A stretch of DNA of 64,000 nucleotides from contig NC_042997.1 in NCBI RefSeq assembly GCF_006345805.1, positions 8,432,001-8,496,000 of the forward strand. The letters run 5' to 3'. Below are positions 1 to 13,097 of this stretch, piece after piece. Every line of letters begins with the position of its first letter. Position 1 is the first letter of the stretch. Position numbers and translations under genes: made by a program. The notes beneath the pieces are model-generated. The model was given only the letters and a program-made list of their open reading frames with translations. It did not search any database and was not told the DNA's origin. This DNA comes from Octopus sinensis (lineage: Eukaryota).

Positions 1-1
1 T

Positions 2-88
2 ATGGTGTGGCCTCACCTGGAATTTGCATCACTGGTCTGGAACCCCTATCTTGCCCAGGATATTAATCATCTGGAAACCGTTCAGTGA
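2..88 (+). mobile_element. CR1/L2-type LINE fragment (post-RT region)
   Basis: Translates MVWPHLEFASLVWNPYLAQDINHLETVQ*, matching the CR1-type motif VRPHLEYA..VWNP....DI..LE.VQ. Confidence 0.75.
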
Positions 89-173
89 CGTCCAATCCAA
101 TCTGCAACGTAGAGTCAGAAGATCATGTGATTTCGGAAATTGTATGATTCCAGTCATAGATGGAAAGACTGTA

Positions 174-259
174 TCAATTGTCAGGATAATTATTAAATGC
201 AGAATACAAAATTTTCTTGTCTATTTGTTCTTTAGTTTGGAAACACCTTGCACGAGTAC
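174..259 (-). CDS. Candidate terminal coding exon of an unidentified minus-strand gene
   Basis: Acceptor tattttag|GT ACT..., then an open frame (G)TRARCFQTKEQIDKKILYSAFNNYPDN* in unique, CpG-poor DNA. No homolog recognised. Confidence 0.2.
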
Positions 260-498
260 CTAAAATATATTTAAACTATTCTTTTTTTTATATATAGCGA
301 TCCTCTATTGAATTATAATGTACTGATATGTGATTATGTGAGTATTGTAAAGTGATGCACAACTGCTCCTAAGTCATGTTATTAAAACAGGTTTGATTTC
401 CAAGCAATTTTATTCTAATTTCTTTGCCCTGCTTAACTGAAATTTCAAGCCACAGTGTCGCCATCATCATCACCACCACCACCATCATCACCATCAGC

Positions 499-714
499 CG
501 TTCAAGAATTTGGACCTTGAGATCTCCATTTCCAGCGACTTTGAGGGCCACCTCCCAGTGGTGCCGGGCGTCAACAAAGAACCCTTGACTACAACAAGAT
601 GAACAAAGTTTTTTTTTTCCAAGGTCTGGTGTCTCCCACCCCTAAGCCCTAGACCATCACCTAATCACCCTTACCCATCTTGTTGCTTAACAACAACAAC
701 AACAACAACAACAA
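499..714 (+). mobile_element. About 200-bp (AAC)n-tailed retroposon, copy 1
   Basis: Homologous to the inverted copy at 10432-10651. Same 5' start (cgttcaagaatttggacc) and an (aac)n tail. Confidence 0.75.
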
Positions 715-1471
715 TCATTATCATAATCGTCATCATTATCATCATGGTTAAAATTACCACCATTATCATCATCATCATTGTTATTGTCCACATTGTCATT
801 ATCATCATCATCATCACCATCATCATTATTATCATTTTGCCTCTCCTTTTCGATATTAACATGGGTTAGATAGGTTTTTCTGAAGCACTTTTTCCCAATT
901 GTATGCCCCGCTCTTGCTACCAGCACCTTTTAGCTATCTCTTACAACATGCAAGGATATAATATTATAATTCTAAAACCAGATGCCACATGATAAATATG
1001 AAGCCATAGTGAATTGTCTGGAAATTCCTATCTACTGTGTTAGGATTGGCATTGTGAAATTATAGGCAGATGAAATGTTTGAGAACATAATGACAAATGT
1101 GGGGATAATGGATATTTCAAGAACGACTAACTTTTTATGTTTTCATCAATTAAACAAAATGCTGTAACTTTCTTTGTTTGCTCTAGAAGATGATGCTTCT
1201 TTACAAAAAGTAGATACAAATTTAATGTTGTTTCCTCTAATGGCTGAAACTTTGCTCTTCAGCTAATTCACTAATTAGAGTAATTAAACCATAAAATTAA
1301 AACTGAACTAGACTCATCAATATTAAATTGCAAGTTCAACCAATTTTCACAATGTCTAGACCAGCAATAGAGATGCTTTGTAATTATACAACCTGCTAGA
1401 AATAACAGCCATAGCACTTTATTGTTGTCCTAAAAAGGTAAGGATATATTGGATAATACAGCCTTAAATAT

Positions 1472-1610
1472 ATCATCATCATCATCATCATTTAGTATCT
1501 GTTTTTCCATGCTGGCATGAGTTAGATGGTTTGGCTGGCACTGGTAAGTCAGAAAGCTGTAACAGGCTCCAGTCCAGTTTAGCATGGTTTCTACAGCTGG
1601 ATACTCTTCT
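1472..1610 (-). mobile_element. (GAT)n-tailed SINE/RTE-type 3' end family, partial
   Basis: catcatcat...ttccatgctggcatg...ctacagctggat motif shared with 3609, 7437, 19446 and 20735. Confidence 0.7.
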
Positions 1611-1840
1611 TAACCCTTTTGATACCAACCTGGCTGAAACCGGCTCTGGCTCTGTAGTACAAATGTCTTGTTTTCATAAATTTTGAATTAAAATCTTTCA
1701 CCAAACCTTAGTCACAATTACTTTTCCTAACACCAGCTTAATGATAACCAAGTTGTTTTACTAAATTCTTTGTCATATCTAAAATAATTGAGAGAAACAC
1801 AGAGCATCCCAAAATAAATACAGTAATGAGAGTGCAGTGG
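1610..1840. mobile_element. piggyBac-like MITE end interrupting the preceding SINE
   Basis: Begins TTAA|CCCTTTTGATACC (TTAA target plus CCC terminus). The partner end was not found. Confidence 0.4.
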
Positions 1841-2522
1841 ATGACTTCTATGTTATCTTAAATATATGTCTGAATGAAAAAAAAATGAGATATTCATGGC
1901 TACAATACTGTTGATCTTGGGCTAAACAGCAAGAATTACATGGATATACACAATGTGATTAATATTGTGAAAATAAATTTCAATCTTTAGCATACTTGTA
2001 ATTACGTTTTAAGCTTCAACACTAACTGTCCTTGTCTTATAAATTGCATTATAACTTAGCTTCTACACTAACTGTCCTTGTCTTGAATATTGCATTATAA
2101 CTAAGGTGCACTTATTCTCTTCTTTAATTCAATATTTTAAATGGTAACTGTGAGTGTGGCATAGCTATATAGTTAAGAAGTTTGCTTCATAACCAAATGT
2201 TTCCAGATGTAAGTTTGAGCCCACTGCAAAGCTCCCTGCATTGATCAATGTAAGTGAGGCTACAGTTGTGTGGAAACCCATTGTGTATGCATGCATATGT
2301 GCTTGTGTGCATGTCAGTATGCTCTGTGGGTTTATGTTTACCCATATAAGATGTGTCAAATGTTCATTTATGTCAAAGCATAACTCAACAATTCAAGTTT
2401 TGTACAATACATAACATTCTGATATAATTACTGTGGTTAATATCATTATTTAAAACTTTTGAAGGTGATGTCAAAGTATGTCCACAGCCCAGTGACTGAA
2501 ACCAGTAAAAGAACAAAACAAA

Positions 2523-2931
2523 TACTCTTTTACGCTTTTAGTTGTTTCAGTCATTTGAATGCGGCCATGCTGGAGCACCGCCTTTAGTCGAGCAAATCGA
2601 CCCCAGGACTTATTCCTTGTAAGCCTAGTACTTATTTTATCAGTCTCTCTTGCCAAACTGCCAAGTTACGGGGACATAAACACACCAGCATCGGTTGTCA
2701 AGCGATGTTGGTGGGACAAACACAGACATTCAAAAGTATACACACACACACACACATATATATATACATATATACGACGGGCTTCTTTCAGTTTCTGTCT
2801 ACCATATCTACTAACGTGGCCTTGGTCGGCCCAAGGCTATAGTAGAAGACACTTGCCCAAGGTGCCACACAGTGGAACTGAACCCAGGACCATGTGGTTC
2901 GTAAGCAAGCTACTTACCACACAGCCACTCC
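2523..2931 (-). mobile_element. CORE-like tRNA-derived SINE
   Basis: tRNA-like head ggagtggctgtgtggtaag..., accttgggcaagtg CORE-like motif, internal (TA)n(TG)n, 3' gtaaaagag repeats. Seven copies in the window. Confidence 0.85.
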
Positions 2932-3194
2932 TTGTGATGTATCTGACGGATTAGCAACTCTTCATAAGACTACACACAAACAACCACTATCCTACTGGTG
3001 AATTTTAATCTTCCTCCTCCCTTTCCATTGATGTGACAACATGTACTGCTCCTACTAATTAGTACGCTATGCATAGCCAGTAATCAGACCCTTTCCCCAT
3101 TCTTTTAAAGTGTTCTCCCATAAAACCCTGTTTGACTGAATAATTTTAATATTGAGATACTTTTACAAATTTATTTAGTTTTATTAATTATAGT

Positions 3195-3493
3195 GGAGGT
3201 GCAATGGCCCAGTGGTTAGTGCAGCGGCCACATGGTCGGAGGATCGCGGTTTCGGTTCCCAGACAGGGCTTTGTGTGTGTTTATTGAGCGAAAACACCTA
3301 AAAGCTCCACGAGACTCCGGCAGGGGGTGGTGATGACCCCTGTTGTACTCTTTCGCCACAACTTTCTCTCACTCTCTAATCCTGTTTCTTGAGTAACACT
3401 GCAATGGACTGGCATCCTGTCCAGCTGGGGGGAACACCTACACCATAGAAACTGGCAAACCAGGCCCATGAGCCTGGCTAGGCTTGAAAAGGG
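3195..3493 (+). mobile_element. tRNA-head SINE (family B)
   Basis: ggaggtgcaatggcccagtggttag (A box) ... ggtttcggttccc (B-box-like). Homologous copies at 4392, 12795, 16345 and 51907. Confidence 0.85.
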
Positions 3494-3608
3494 TGACAGT
3501 TATTGTTCTAATTATAAAACTAAATATCCCAATCATCCGTCCTTAGAATTGCAACATGTTTAGAAAATCTTAGCCACTTTCCCTGATAACATTTTCCCCA
3601 ACAGACCC

Positions 3609-3990
3609 ATCATCATCATCATCGTTTAACATCTGTTTTCCATGCTGGCATGGATTGAACGGGTTGTCTGAGGTCTGGAGAGCCAGTGGCTGCACCAGGC
3701 TCCAATCTGATCAGGCAATGTTTCTACAGCTGGATGCCTTTCTTAACGCCAACCACTCCAAGAGTGTAGTGAGTACTTTTTACATGTTGCCAGCACAGGA
3801 GCCAGTTAGGCAGGCCTGGCATCAATCATGTTTGAATAGTGATTTTTAGGTGCCACTGCTTGAGAGCCAGTCAGTGGGTACTGACATTGGCTATGTTCAG
3901 ATGGTACTTTTTACATGCCACCAGTACGGGAGCCAGTCAGGGGGACACTGGCATCAACCACGTTCGGATGATGCATTTATGTGCCACCAG
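3609..3990 (-). mobile_element. (GAT)n-tailed SINE/RTE-type family
   Basis: Same motif set as 7437-7748. Confidence 0.75.
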
Positions 3991-4391
3991 AACGGGAGCC
4001 AGAAATTAATAGCAAACTTTAACTGCAGCATCCTAAGCTATCTGTAAAGATCTACAAAGCATGTGGACTTAACTGTGCTTCTTGAACTAAATTAAGAAAG
4101 TCAAACCTATCAGAGCTTTTTCATCCTCAACAAACATTGAAAGGGTTTAGGGAACTCAGTACTACCAACAAATAACATATTTATAATGAATATACAAACG
4201 TAGAATGGCACTAGCTGTAATAGTTTATCCCAGAGAAATGTTTTTTTATGATGAATATCCTGGACTACTGAACCACGCAAACAACTGCTTGTTCTAATGT
4301 AGAAATAGAAAAACTAAACATTCACTGAATTAAATTAATACATGCATTCAAAACAGCTTTCAATTTAAATATTGGTATGTTCAACACATAT

Positions 4392-4778
4392 TTAGAGAGA
4401 AGCGCTCCGTTGGTTACGACGACGAGGGTTCCGGTTGATCTGAATCAACGGAACAGCCTGCTCGTGAAATTAACGTGTAAGTGGCTGAGCACTCCACAGA
4501 CACGTGTACCCTTAACGTAGTTCTCGGGGATATTCAGCGTGACACAGAGAGTGACAAGGCCAGCCCCTTGAAATACAGGTACAACAGAAACAGGAAGTAA
4601 GAGTGAGAGAAAGTTGTGGTGAAAGAGTACAGCAGGGATCACCACCCCCTGCCGGAGCCTTGTGGAGCTTTTAGGTGTTTTCGCTCAATAAACACTCACA
4701 ACGGCCGGTCTGGGAATCGAAACTGCGCTCCTATGACCGTGAGTCCGCTGCCCTAACCACTGGGCCATCGCGCCTCCA
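4392..4778 (-). mobile_element. tRNA-head SINE (family B, alternative 3' tail) with 11-bp TSD
   Basis: Flanked by tcaacacatat at 4381-4391 and 4781-4791. Confidence 0.85.
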
Positions 4779-5800
4779 CCTCAACACATATAATGTGTAT
4801 GCAAATGTTTACCAATTTCTCTGTCACATTAAGCATTTGTGGGTTTAGCTTAGAATGACCATGCACTCATCTCTGAGGAAACCTAATACAGTTGAAACAC
4901 CATGTCTGGTGATCTACCAGCGTTCTGAGTAAGGCCCAATGGTTTTTATATGCAAGATATTTCTCTAAGGCTAAATGTTACAGACAATATCATCCCGCAT
5001 TTGCATACGCAGTATATATGTTGTACACCAGTATTTCAATCTAAAGCTGTTTGAAGTACATACATTAATAAAATATTATTTTCTGTGTATGGTTAAATTA
5101 TGCCTATGTTTGGTCTCTATCTGTGGCTTACTGGACTGATTTGAGAATTATTTATCTTGACAGTAAACAGAATTCAGTGTCACTGATGGGATATGAACTA
5201 ATGACACCTCAATCAGTATTTTGGCACTATGTCTTCATGGGCAGCTATATTTCTCAAAATAAAAAAAGATAAAAATAATAATCGAATAATAATATATAAA
5301 GTCAATTATGAAAAGAATGACTAAGAGATTATTATTCCAAGTTCAATGGCCCCAAAGGAATATCTATGTTGACAGTAACTTGAATTGACAATCTGAAACA
5401 GAACTGTTTTCCAGCTGTAGCATCTACTGAAAACTAATCTAGGCAGGTAAGAGTGCCATACAGTTGCCATTTTAAGAAAGAAGGGTTTTGAAATTGTTTC
5501 ATTCAGTGTTTTATTGTATTCAATAATATATTTGTGCCATAAAAAGGGTTATATCAATTTCGGTTTGATTCTCTTTTTCTTATGATTTTTTTTTTTTCTT
5601 TTTTTGGAATACATTTTTCCTCCAGTTTATATATTTGTAGATATTTTCTCAATTATTTTGTAAGTTTTCATCTGTTTAATATGCTGCTTTGGGAGAATAT
5701 TTGTTGAACCAGCAAGGAACCCTTTAAGCAATCACAGAAACTGCTAAAAATATAAATTAAATCTCCTTTATATTACACCCTCGAATCTTAAAGAGTCATT

Positions 5801-6271
5801 CTGTAAATCCTCAAGTATAATCCGCATTTTTTTCCAAAAATTTAAAGGTCAAAATCCCTAGTACGTACTATATACGAGGTTAAAAATGAAAACTATTTTC
5901 TAAGCAATGTCCAAGACTCTATTTGCTGTCCAGCAATTTTTATTCAGATGCATTTTGTGATGTCAGACACGAAAATACCTTAAGGTAAGCCTGAAAGCAA
6001 TGAAGTCATAAAAGAATCATCCATAACATGCATAAGCAACATTTATTAAACGTTATTACTGTTATTTCTTTATTTTCTGCAAACAAAATGCACAAAAATG
6101 CTACACATTTGCATTATGTTATATATACAAAGGAGAGTATATAGCCCTCCTTGACTCAAGTTATAGAAGGGGTCCATATTTTACACAAGGTTTAGGTTTT
6201 TCAGAGGTACAGCCCCCTAAAAATCCCCTGCATATTATACTCAAGGGCGGACTTTACTCGAGGATTTATGG
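5801..6271. mobile_element. Tc1/mariner-superfamily (Tc2/pogo-like) MITE
   Basis: TIRs ctgtaaatcctcaagtataatccgc / gcggactttactcgaggatttatgg, followed by TA. No ORF. Confidence 0.7.
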
Positions 6272-6274
6272 TAT

Positions 6275-6725
6275 AATAATAATAATAATAATGAAATTAT
6301 TGTATACAGTGCTCAGGTGCACCACAACTTGTCAGAAAGTGCATATAAAGTACATGCAGTAATGTAGAAATGTCTGGAAGGTGTACAGTGTATGAGTCAG
6401 ATACATGCTTGTGTGTGTATGGAGGGGAGAACATCAAGTGTAGTGTTGGTGAATCTCAGGAAGCATGGAAGTTTTGAAGGATGCAGTGCTCCGACAACTA
6501 ACAACCGATGCCGGCAGTTTGTTCCATGCTTCAGCAACTCTCAGCGTGAAAAAATGTTTCCTGAAGTAATGGGAGCTGTGCTGTTTTCTTACTTTGTAAA
6601 TATGTCCACGGGTGTTAGATGGGTGGAGTTTGAAGAGGTGCTCAGAGTTATTGTTTGTGCGATGGTTGATAATTTTATGGGTGTCTGCCAAGTCAGCTGC
6701 CAGACGTCGGAGTTGATAATTTAAT
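6275..6725 (-). mobile_element. CR1 LINE 3' end
   Basis: ORF 6434-6691 ...TRGHIYKVRK...RKHFFTLRVAEAWNKLPASVV is the CR1 C-terminus, followed by a short 3' UTR and an (ATT)n tail. Confidence 0.85.
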
Positions 6726-7059
6726 TCTGGATATACTGTCTGAAATATAGAAAAGAAAAAGTACTGAATTGCAGTTGCTTTAAACCAGGTTGACTATAGG
6801 CCAAACAACTAGATTTGTTTATACATTTCTTTGGTTCAGGATTCTGGGAGAAGAAACAATTTAGGACAAGAGAAGAAGGAAAGCTACAGGACCATCAGGA
6901 ATAGCTGCAGAGATGTTCAAAATGACTGCTGAGGTATGATACAAAATCACCATCTGAAATAGTTCATCAAGTTATTCAGAAAAGAGTCAGACACAATGAC
7001 AGGTTCAGCAGTATCATCATAAAGTACAAAAAAAAGGCAAAAGAGATGTCTGAGAGAGA

Positions 7060-7400
7060 GAAGCAACTATAGGGGAACTAAACAACTGGATCATGTTATG
7101 GATGTTCTGGGGTAAGTCACAGCACAATTGATCCATGATAGTGTAGACCTAGATGAGATGCAGTTTGGCTTCATGCACAGAAAAAGCACAACAGATACAG
7201 ATACAATGATCCTTGAGAGACAACTGCAGGAGAAATACTTGGTTAAAAATAAATTACTTTTCCTGGATTTCATTGACATGGAGAAGTAATTTGACAGTGT
7301 ACCATGTCCAGTAATTTGTTGGTCACTGAGAAAACTATGTGTAGATGAACGGCTCATGAAGGCTGTACAAGTTATGTACAAAGATGCAGTTAGTAAAGTG
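7060..7400 (+). mobile_element. RTE-clade LINE reverse transcriptase fragment (pseudogenised)
   Basis: EMQFGFMHRKSTTD...LQEKYL...FIDMEK*FDSVP...WSLRKL...VMYKDAVSKV. Confidence 0.8.
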
Positions 7401-7436
7401 ACATAATAATAAGGGGATGAATATATATATATATAT

Positions 7437-7748
7437 CATCATCATCATCATCATCATCGTTTAACGTCCATTCTCCATGCTAGCATGGGTAGAACGGTTC
7501 GACCGGGGATCTGGGAAGCCAGAAGGCTGCACCAGGCTCCGGTCTTATCTGGCAATGTTTCTACAGCTGGATGCCCTTCCTAATGCCAACCACTCCGTGA
7601 GTGTAGTGGGTGCTTTTTACGTGCCACCTGCACTGGTGCCAGGCGAGGCTGGCAATGGACACGGTCGGAATGGTGCATTTTATGTGCCACTGGCATGGAG
7701 GCCAGTCAAGGCGGCACTGGCCTCGGCCATGATTCGGATGGTGCTTTT
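7437..7748 (-). mobile_element. (GAT)n-tailed SINE/RTE-type family, young copy
   Basis: Nearly identical to the inverted copy at 20735-20974. Confidence 0.8.
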
Positions 7749-8124
7749 TATATACATACACACACACACATATATGTGTATGTATATATGTACATGTACA
7801 TGGGTACAGGATGTCACCAAAAAAAAATGACAGTGGAGACATTTGAGGAAACTGAACACAAACAAATATGGAGGGTCGTTAGACCAGAATGAGAGGAAAA
7901 TAGTGAATGCTGGGTGACACATTTCTTTTGAAAAGAGGACAGATAGAAAAGAGAGAGAAAAACAAGTTAGCTCATTTAAACATCCATGCAGGAAAAGAAA
8001 GATGGTCATATGGGGAAAATAAAGATGGACCAGTCATAGTACTGCTCCCAAAAAAATGAGAATGGTCCAACTAGTTTTTATTGATGAACATGAAACTTGT
8101 CTATAATATTATAATATAGGTGCA

Positions 8125-8523
8125 GGAGTGGCTGTGTGGTAAGTAGCTTGTTTACCAACCACATTGTTCCGAGTTCATTTCCACTGCGTGACACCTTGGG
8201 CAAGTATCTTCTGCTATAGCCTTGGGCTGACCAAAGCCTTGTGAGTGAATTTGGTAGACAGAAACTGAAAGAAGCCCATCGTATATATATATATATATAT
8301 ATGTGTGTGTGAGTGTGTGTGTGTGTATGTGTGTTTATGTGTTTGTGTTTATCCACCCAACATCACTTGACAACCGATGCTGGTGTGTTTACATTCCCAT
8401 AACTTAGCAGTTTGGCAAAAGAGACCAACAGAATAAGTCCTGGGGTCGATTTGCTCAACTAAAGGCGGTGCTCCAGCATGGCCACAGTCAAATGACTGAA
8501 ACAAGTAAAAGAGTAAAAGAGTA
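8125..8523 (+). mobile_element. CORE-like SINE
   Basis: Full-length copy with CpG-to-TpG/CpA decay. Confidence 0.85.
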
Positions 8524-9136
8524 ATATACAGCTTTTCAGGTCCCTAATAGGTGCAACTGAAGTGGTTAATTGGGATACATAATTTCAACATAGCCTCATC
8601 ACTCCAAACAGTCTTTGTTAAAAAGTGTGTATGTTCTATGCTATGCAACTTACCACTTGTAAAATTCCATTCTTCATTCCAGATCATCTTAATTGATAGC
8701 ATAGACTATTCTTGGGCTGTATCTTTCCCTAATGACAGTGCTTCAAAATTCAATCCATGTTTGATTCGGATTTTCTTATCTCACAGCTTGTTTGCTAAAC
8801 AAATTTTCTTGAACTCTGACCACACATTACTAGTATTCTTTCTTACTTTGTGAAGCTCATCATTGTTTTAAGTTTTCTGGAATGTTTCCTTTAGAACATT
8901 CTAATCAGTTTCATCTTCTTAAATTTTTTCTCTAATTTGAGTGATAGTAATTCACTTCACTGCTACTGTTTCAAACTCCTTCCTAATCTGTCTTTACAGT
9001 TTGACTCCGTTTTCAAACTTCCAGTAGCACTTCAGTGTGATCAATGAGAGAGAGAGAGAGAAAAAGAGAAAGAGGGAGAGAGAGAGAGATAGAAAACGGT
9101 GAAGGCAGTAAGGGGGAGAAAAAGGAATTAGGGATA

Positions 9137-9533
9137 GGAGTGGCTGTGTGGTAAGTAGCTTGCTTACCAACCACATAGTTCCGGGTTCAGTCCCACAACA
9201 TGGCACCTTGGGCAAGTGTCTTCTACTATAGCCTCGGGCCGACCAAATCCTTGTGAGTGAATTTGGTAGACAGAAACTGAAAAGAAGCCCGTAGTATATA
9301 TATATATATGTGTGTGTTTGTGTATCTGTGTTTGTCCCCACAACATTGCTTGACAACCAGTGATGGTGTTTTTACATCCCCGTAACTTGGTGGTTCGGCC
9401 AAAGAGACCAATAGAATAAGTACTAGGCTTACAAAGAATAAGTCTTGGGGTCGATTTGCTCGACTAAAGGCGGTGCTCCAGCATGGCCACAGTCAAATGG
9501 CTGAAACAACTAAAAGAGTAAAGAGTAAAGAGT
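9137..9533 (+). mobile_element. CORE-like SINE
   Basis: Full-length copy. Confidence 0.85.
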
Positions 9534-9568
9534 AGAGAGGGGCATCAAAAAGGTGAAGATAAACTTAC

Positions 9569-9646
9569 TTGGAAATGGATGTGTCAGCTTCAATTAAATA
9601 ACAAATTTCCTTTGTTTCAAGCTTCGTCTGGCACGCTTCGTTATTT
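9569..9646 (-). CDS. Candidate internal exon (78 nt)
   Basis: Pyrimidine-rich acceptor ...ttttttctaaatttaacccataag|, donor CAA|gtaagt, one open frame NNEACQTKLETKEICYLIEADTSIS. Retains 3 CpGs in a CpG-depleted region. Confidence 0.3.
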
Positions 9647-9821
9647 CTTATGGGTTAAATTTAGAAAAAATAAAATTTAGTTATCAGTTGCTTGTGTGAC
9701 TACATTTTTTAAAGAACACTGCGTGTATGTGTATGTATGTATGTATGTATGTATGTATGTATGTGTCTCTCCGTTTCTTTCTAACCCTCCAAGAGTTCTT
9801 CTTAATGAATATTTTTTGCTT

Positions 9822-10196
9822 TCAATTTTTTCTAGCGTCACTGTAACTTGTCAATTGATTTAAAGAATCTCTATTACTCGTCAGTGTATCTTTGTTGGAT
9901 TTAAAGTTTACATAGAAATTTGACTTGATTAAAGATAAATTCTTTTTATCTTTGCCCATATTGTCTTCAAGAGAATAAACACAAGAATTACAGCCAGGAA
10001 GCAAAACATTATTTATCAACTTATGAAACTTATAAGATATCTATTTATTTTATGGAAGTTTATTGTTATAGAAAAGATCAGCAATGAATCGAATAAAGAA
10101 TAAAAATGAATGGTTTAGGCAAGAGATTACCTCACCTATCTTGAGTTTTGAACAGGTTGCATCGATAAAGTTGAGCTTTTCAGTGAAGAAATCCAT
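9822..10196 (-). CDS. Candidate two-exon segment (10196-10136 joined to 9964-9822)
   Basis: MDFFTEKLNFIDATCSKLKI G|gtgagg, a 171-nt intron, then ttctcttgaag|AC...; phase-compatible, giving ...DNMGKDKKNLSLIKSNFYVNF...RKN*. No homolog recognised. Confidence 0.2.
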
Positions 10197-10431
10197 TCAT
10201 ATATTTTTGCTGGTGAAGTTCTTAAGTATAATTTTTGGTTAAGATATGTGTAAAATTGATTTCAATTTGTGACATTATTATAGCACTAATCATAGTGGAA
10301 GTTTGAATGGTAAAAGCGATTTCAGCAGACTTTGAATGTATACATTATGCCAATCCACTTTGCTGTATGTGTGTGTATGTGGAGTGGGTGGAGCTTGTGT
10401 ATATGTCTTTACAAAAACACCAGTCCTGTGT

Positions 10432-10651
10432 TTTTGTTGTTATTGTTGTTATTGTTGTTGTTAAGCAACAAGACGGGTAAAGGTGATAAGTGATGGTCCA
10501 GGGCTTAGGGGCGGGAGACCCCAGACCTTGGAAAAAAAAAAACTTTGATCGTCTGTTGTAGTCGAGGGCTCTTCGTTAACGCCCGACAGCACTGGGAGGT
10601 GGCCCTCGAAGTTGCTGGAAATGGAGATCTCCAGGTCCAAATTCTTGAACG
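10432..10651 (-). mobile_element. About 200-bp (AAC)n-tailed retroposon, copy 2, with 15-bp TSD
   Basis: acaccagtcctgtgt at 10417-10431 and 10652-10666. Homologous to 499-714. Confidence 0.85.
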
Positions 10652-11331
10652 ACACCAGTCCTGTGTAAGATAAGCTTCATTCCTTCATTTTATGAGACAT
10701 GGGGAGAGGCCTTACTTTCTATTAAAAAAATAAACTAAGAAAAGTGTTGTATGTAGCCCCCATATTTAGCTAAGTGAACTATACTAGTTAGTATAAATGA
10801 GTATGTGCAGAACAGCCCGAGAAGAGTGTCATATGCACAGTCATAGTGTACAGGTCATAGGAATTATTGAATGGTGTGCTTGTTGAAGATACACAGTTGG
10901 AGAGTAATAAGATAACCTAAGGAATGTTTGATATTATAACATTTCAAATATAACAGTGATGATGAGAAATCATACATCATATTAAAAAGCCTTCTGTGGG
11001 CAGCTCAATAATTGAAGATGAGTGTAGACCTGCATCCCTGGAATCTTCAAAACTCCATGTGGTATAACATAGTCATATTGTCCGAAGATACAAAGAAGAT
11101 AACTTTGATTAAATGAAAGATCACATGGAAATATGGATGTTAGTAAGCTATAGAGAGAAAAACCATCAAATACCATGGACCCGGTTCAATGGACTGAAAA
11201 CAGTTGGTAGCTGTGATTATTTACAGTTGAGATCAACACCAGTTTCTTCCTGGGGCAGTCTGCATGGGAGAGACTGACAGTTCTGGGAGTGGAAGACAGA
11301 GTGGGAGAGATAGGGAAGGCAGTTGATAAAG

Positions 11332-11599
11332 CATTTTGAACTGGAAATGGTGAAAATAGGCAATGACTGGGCATTACTACTGACCTGCAAACAGGAGGAC
11401 ATTATGTTTTAACCTTGAAAAACCTACCAACTTCTCCTGATAAAAATCCATAGTCATAGATGTATAAACAAATCTGCTAGTAGACGTCTCTAATAGTAGA
11501 TTTCAGCACTGTTTTTGAACATACTAGGGTATTATCATACATGCATATATATAAGTGCTTGTGTTTGTGCACGTGTGTCTGTATATAATATCTATATAA

Positions 11600-11658
<59 letters not shown>

Positions 11659-12096
11659 GAGACAGACAGACAGTCAGACAGAGACAGAGTGGGGAGAGTG
11701 TGCAACCAGACGTGATCCAGAGATGCTCAATATAGAAAACACTTAATGGTTTAAACTTACACTCCTAAATCTTTATCAAGGACTTGGTCCATAGGGTAAA
11801 GAGTGGCTATAAGAGGAATCCAGGTGAGCTGATATGATATGCTTGTGCTCAATATATAAAATATACTTAACTATTTACATGTCATTTTGAACTGGAAAAG
11901 GTGAAAATGGGCAATGACTGGGAATTACTACTGGCCTGAAAACAGGAGGACATTATGTTTTAACCTTGAAAAGCCTACCAACTTCTCCTGATCAAAATCC
12001 ACAGTCAGAGATGTGTAAAAAATTTGCTAGCATCTAGTAGTAGATTTCAGCATTATTTTTGAACATACTAGGGTATTATCATACTTGCATATATAT
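11332..12096 (+). repeat. Local direct duplication of about 215 bp (11332-11550 and 11883-12096)
   Basis: cattttgaactggaaa...catactagggtattatcatac present twice, roughly 85-90% identical by eye. Confidence 0.85.
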
Positions 12097-12129
12097 ATGT
12101 GCTTGAGTTTGTGCATGTGTGTGTATATG

Positions 12130-12167
<38 letters not shown>

Positions 12168-12794
12168 ATCTATATATGTATGTGTATGTATGTATGTATG
12201 TGTATGTATGTATGTATGTATGTATGTATGTATGTATGTATGTATGTATGTATGTATGTATGTATGCATATATGTATGTATGCATTTTTATGTTTGTTTA
12301 GTTGCTAACTAAGCAAAGACTAATGTATTAATAGGTAGGAAAGATTACTGGACATTGTTATATACATGCTGATGTTACTGTTAAGAAAAGGATTAAAAGA
12401 GTAGCTATGCACAAGAAGAATATGGGAATCAGAGAGAGACTTACAGGGAAGGCAAAAGTTTTGATGCAGCAGATTCTCAGGTACAGTAAAAACTAAGACC
12501 AAATATGAAGTAGATTCTCCTAATTGCATTCTTAGTATCTGTGACCTAAGTGATTTAATTACCAATGGAGAAAAAAGTGTTTGGAAAACATAATAGCTTG
12601 TGCAAGGGTGGTCAAGAAAAAGTTCAGTGAATCACTGTCAGAGGCTGGTAACAAAGGGCTTTCCTCCCAGAATAAAGGGCAGATTTTTATGATGCTTTTG
12701 TACAAATACAATACTGGGTGGTAATGAGATGTGAAGCCTGTATACAGAGGATGCTTGATGACTAAAAAGTACTGAGAGATAAAAATGTGAAAGC

Positions 12795-13097
12795 AACCTT
12801 GTTTCCTTCTCGAGCCATGCCTGGCTCATAAGGGCCAGTTTCCCAGTTTCCTTGGTGTACAGGTTCCCCACCTGGATGGGACACCGGTCCATCGCAGGTG
12901 AGTTGCAAGATGCAGGAGGAAAGAGTGAGAGAAAGTTGTGGCGAAAGAGTCAGCCAAAGTTCGCCATTACCTTCTGCCGGAGCCACATGGAGCTTAGGTG
13001 TTTCGCTCATAAACACACACATCGCCCAGTCTGAGATTCGAACCTGTGATCCCTCGACCACAAGTCCGCTGCTCTAACCCCTAGGCCATGTGCCTCC
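12795..13097 (-). mobile_element. tRNA-head SINE (family B variant)
   Basis: Head ggaggcacatggcctagggg...; body shared with 3195. Confidence 0.8.

Noticed and set aside
10131-10196. Resemblance of ...ATCSKLKIGE to NAA35/MAK10 (ACRELKLGE)
   Set aside because: Only a few matching residues, and no downstream LLHD...FEAMSA exon was found; no gene symbol assigned.
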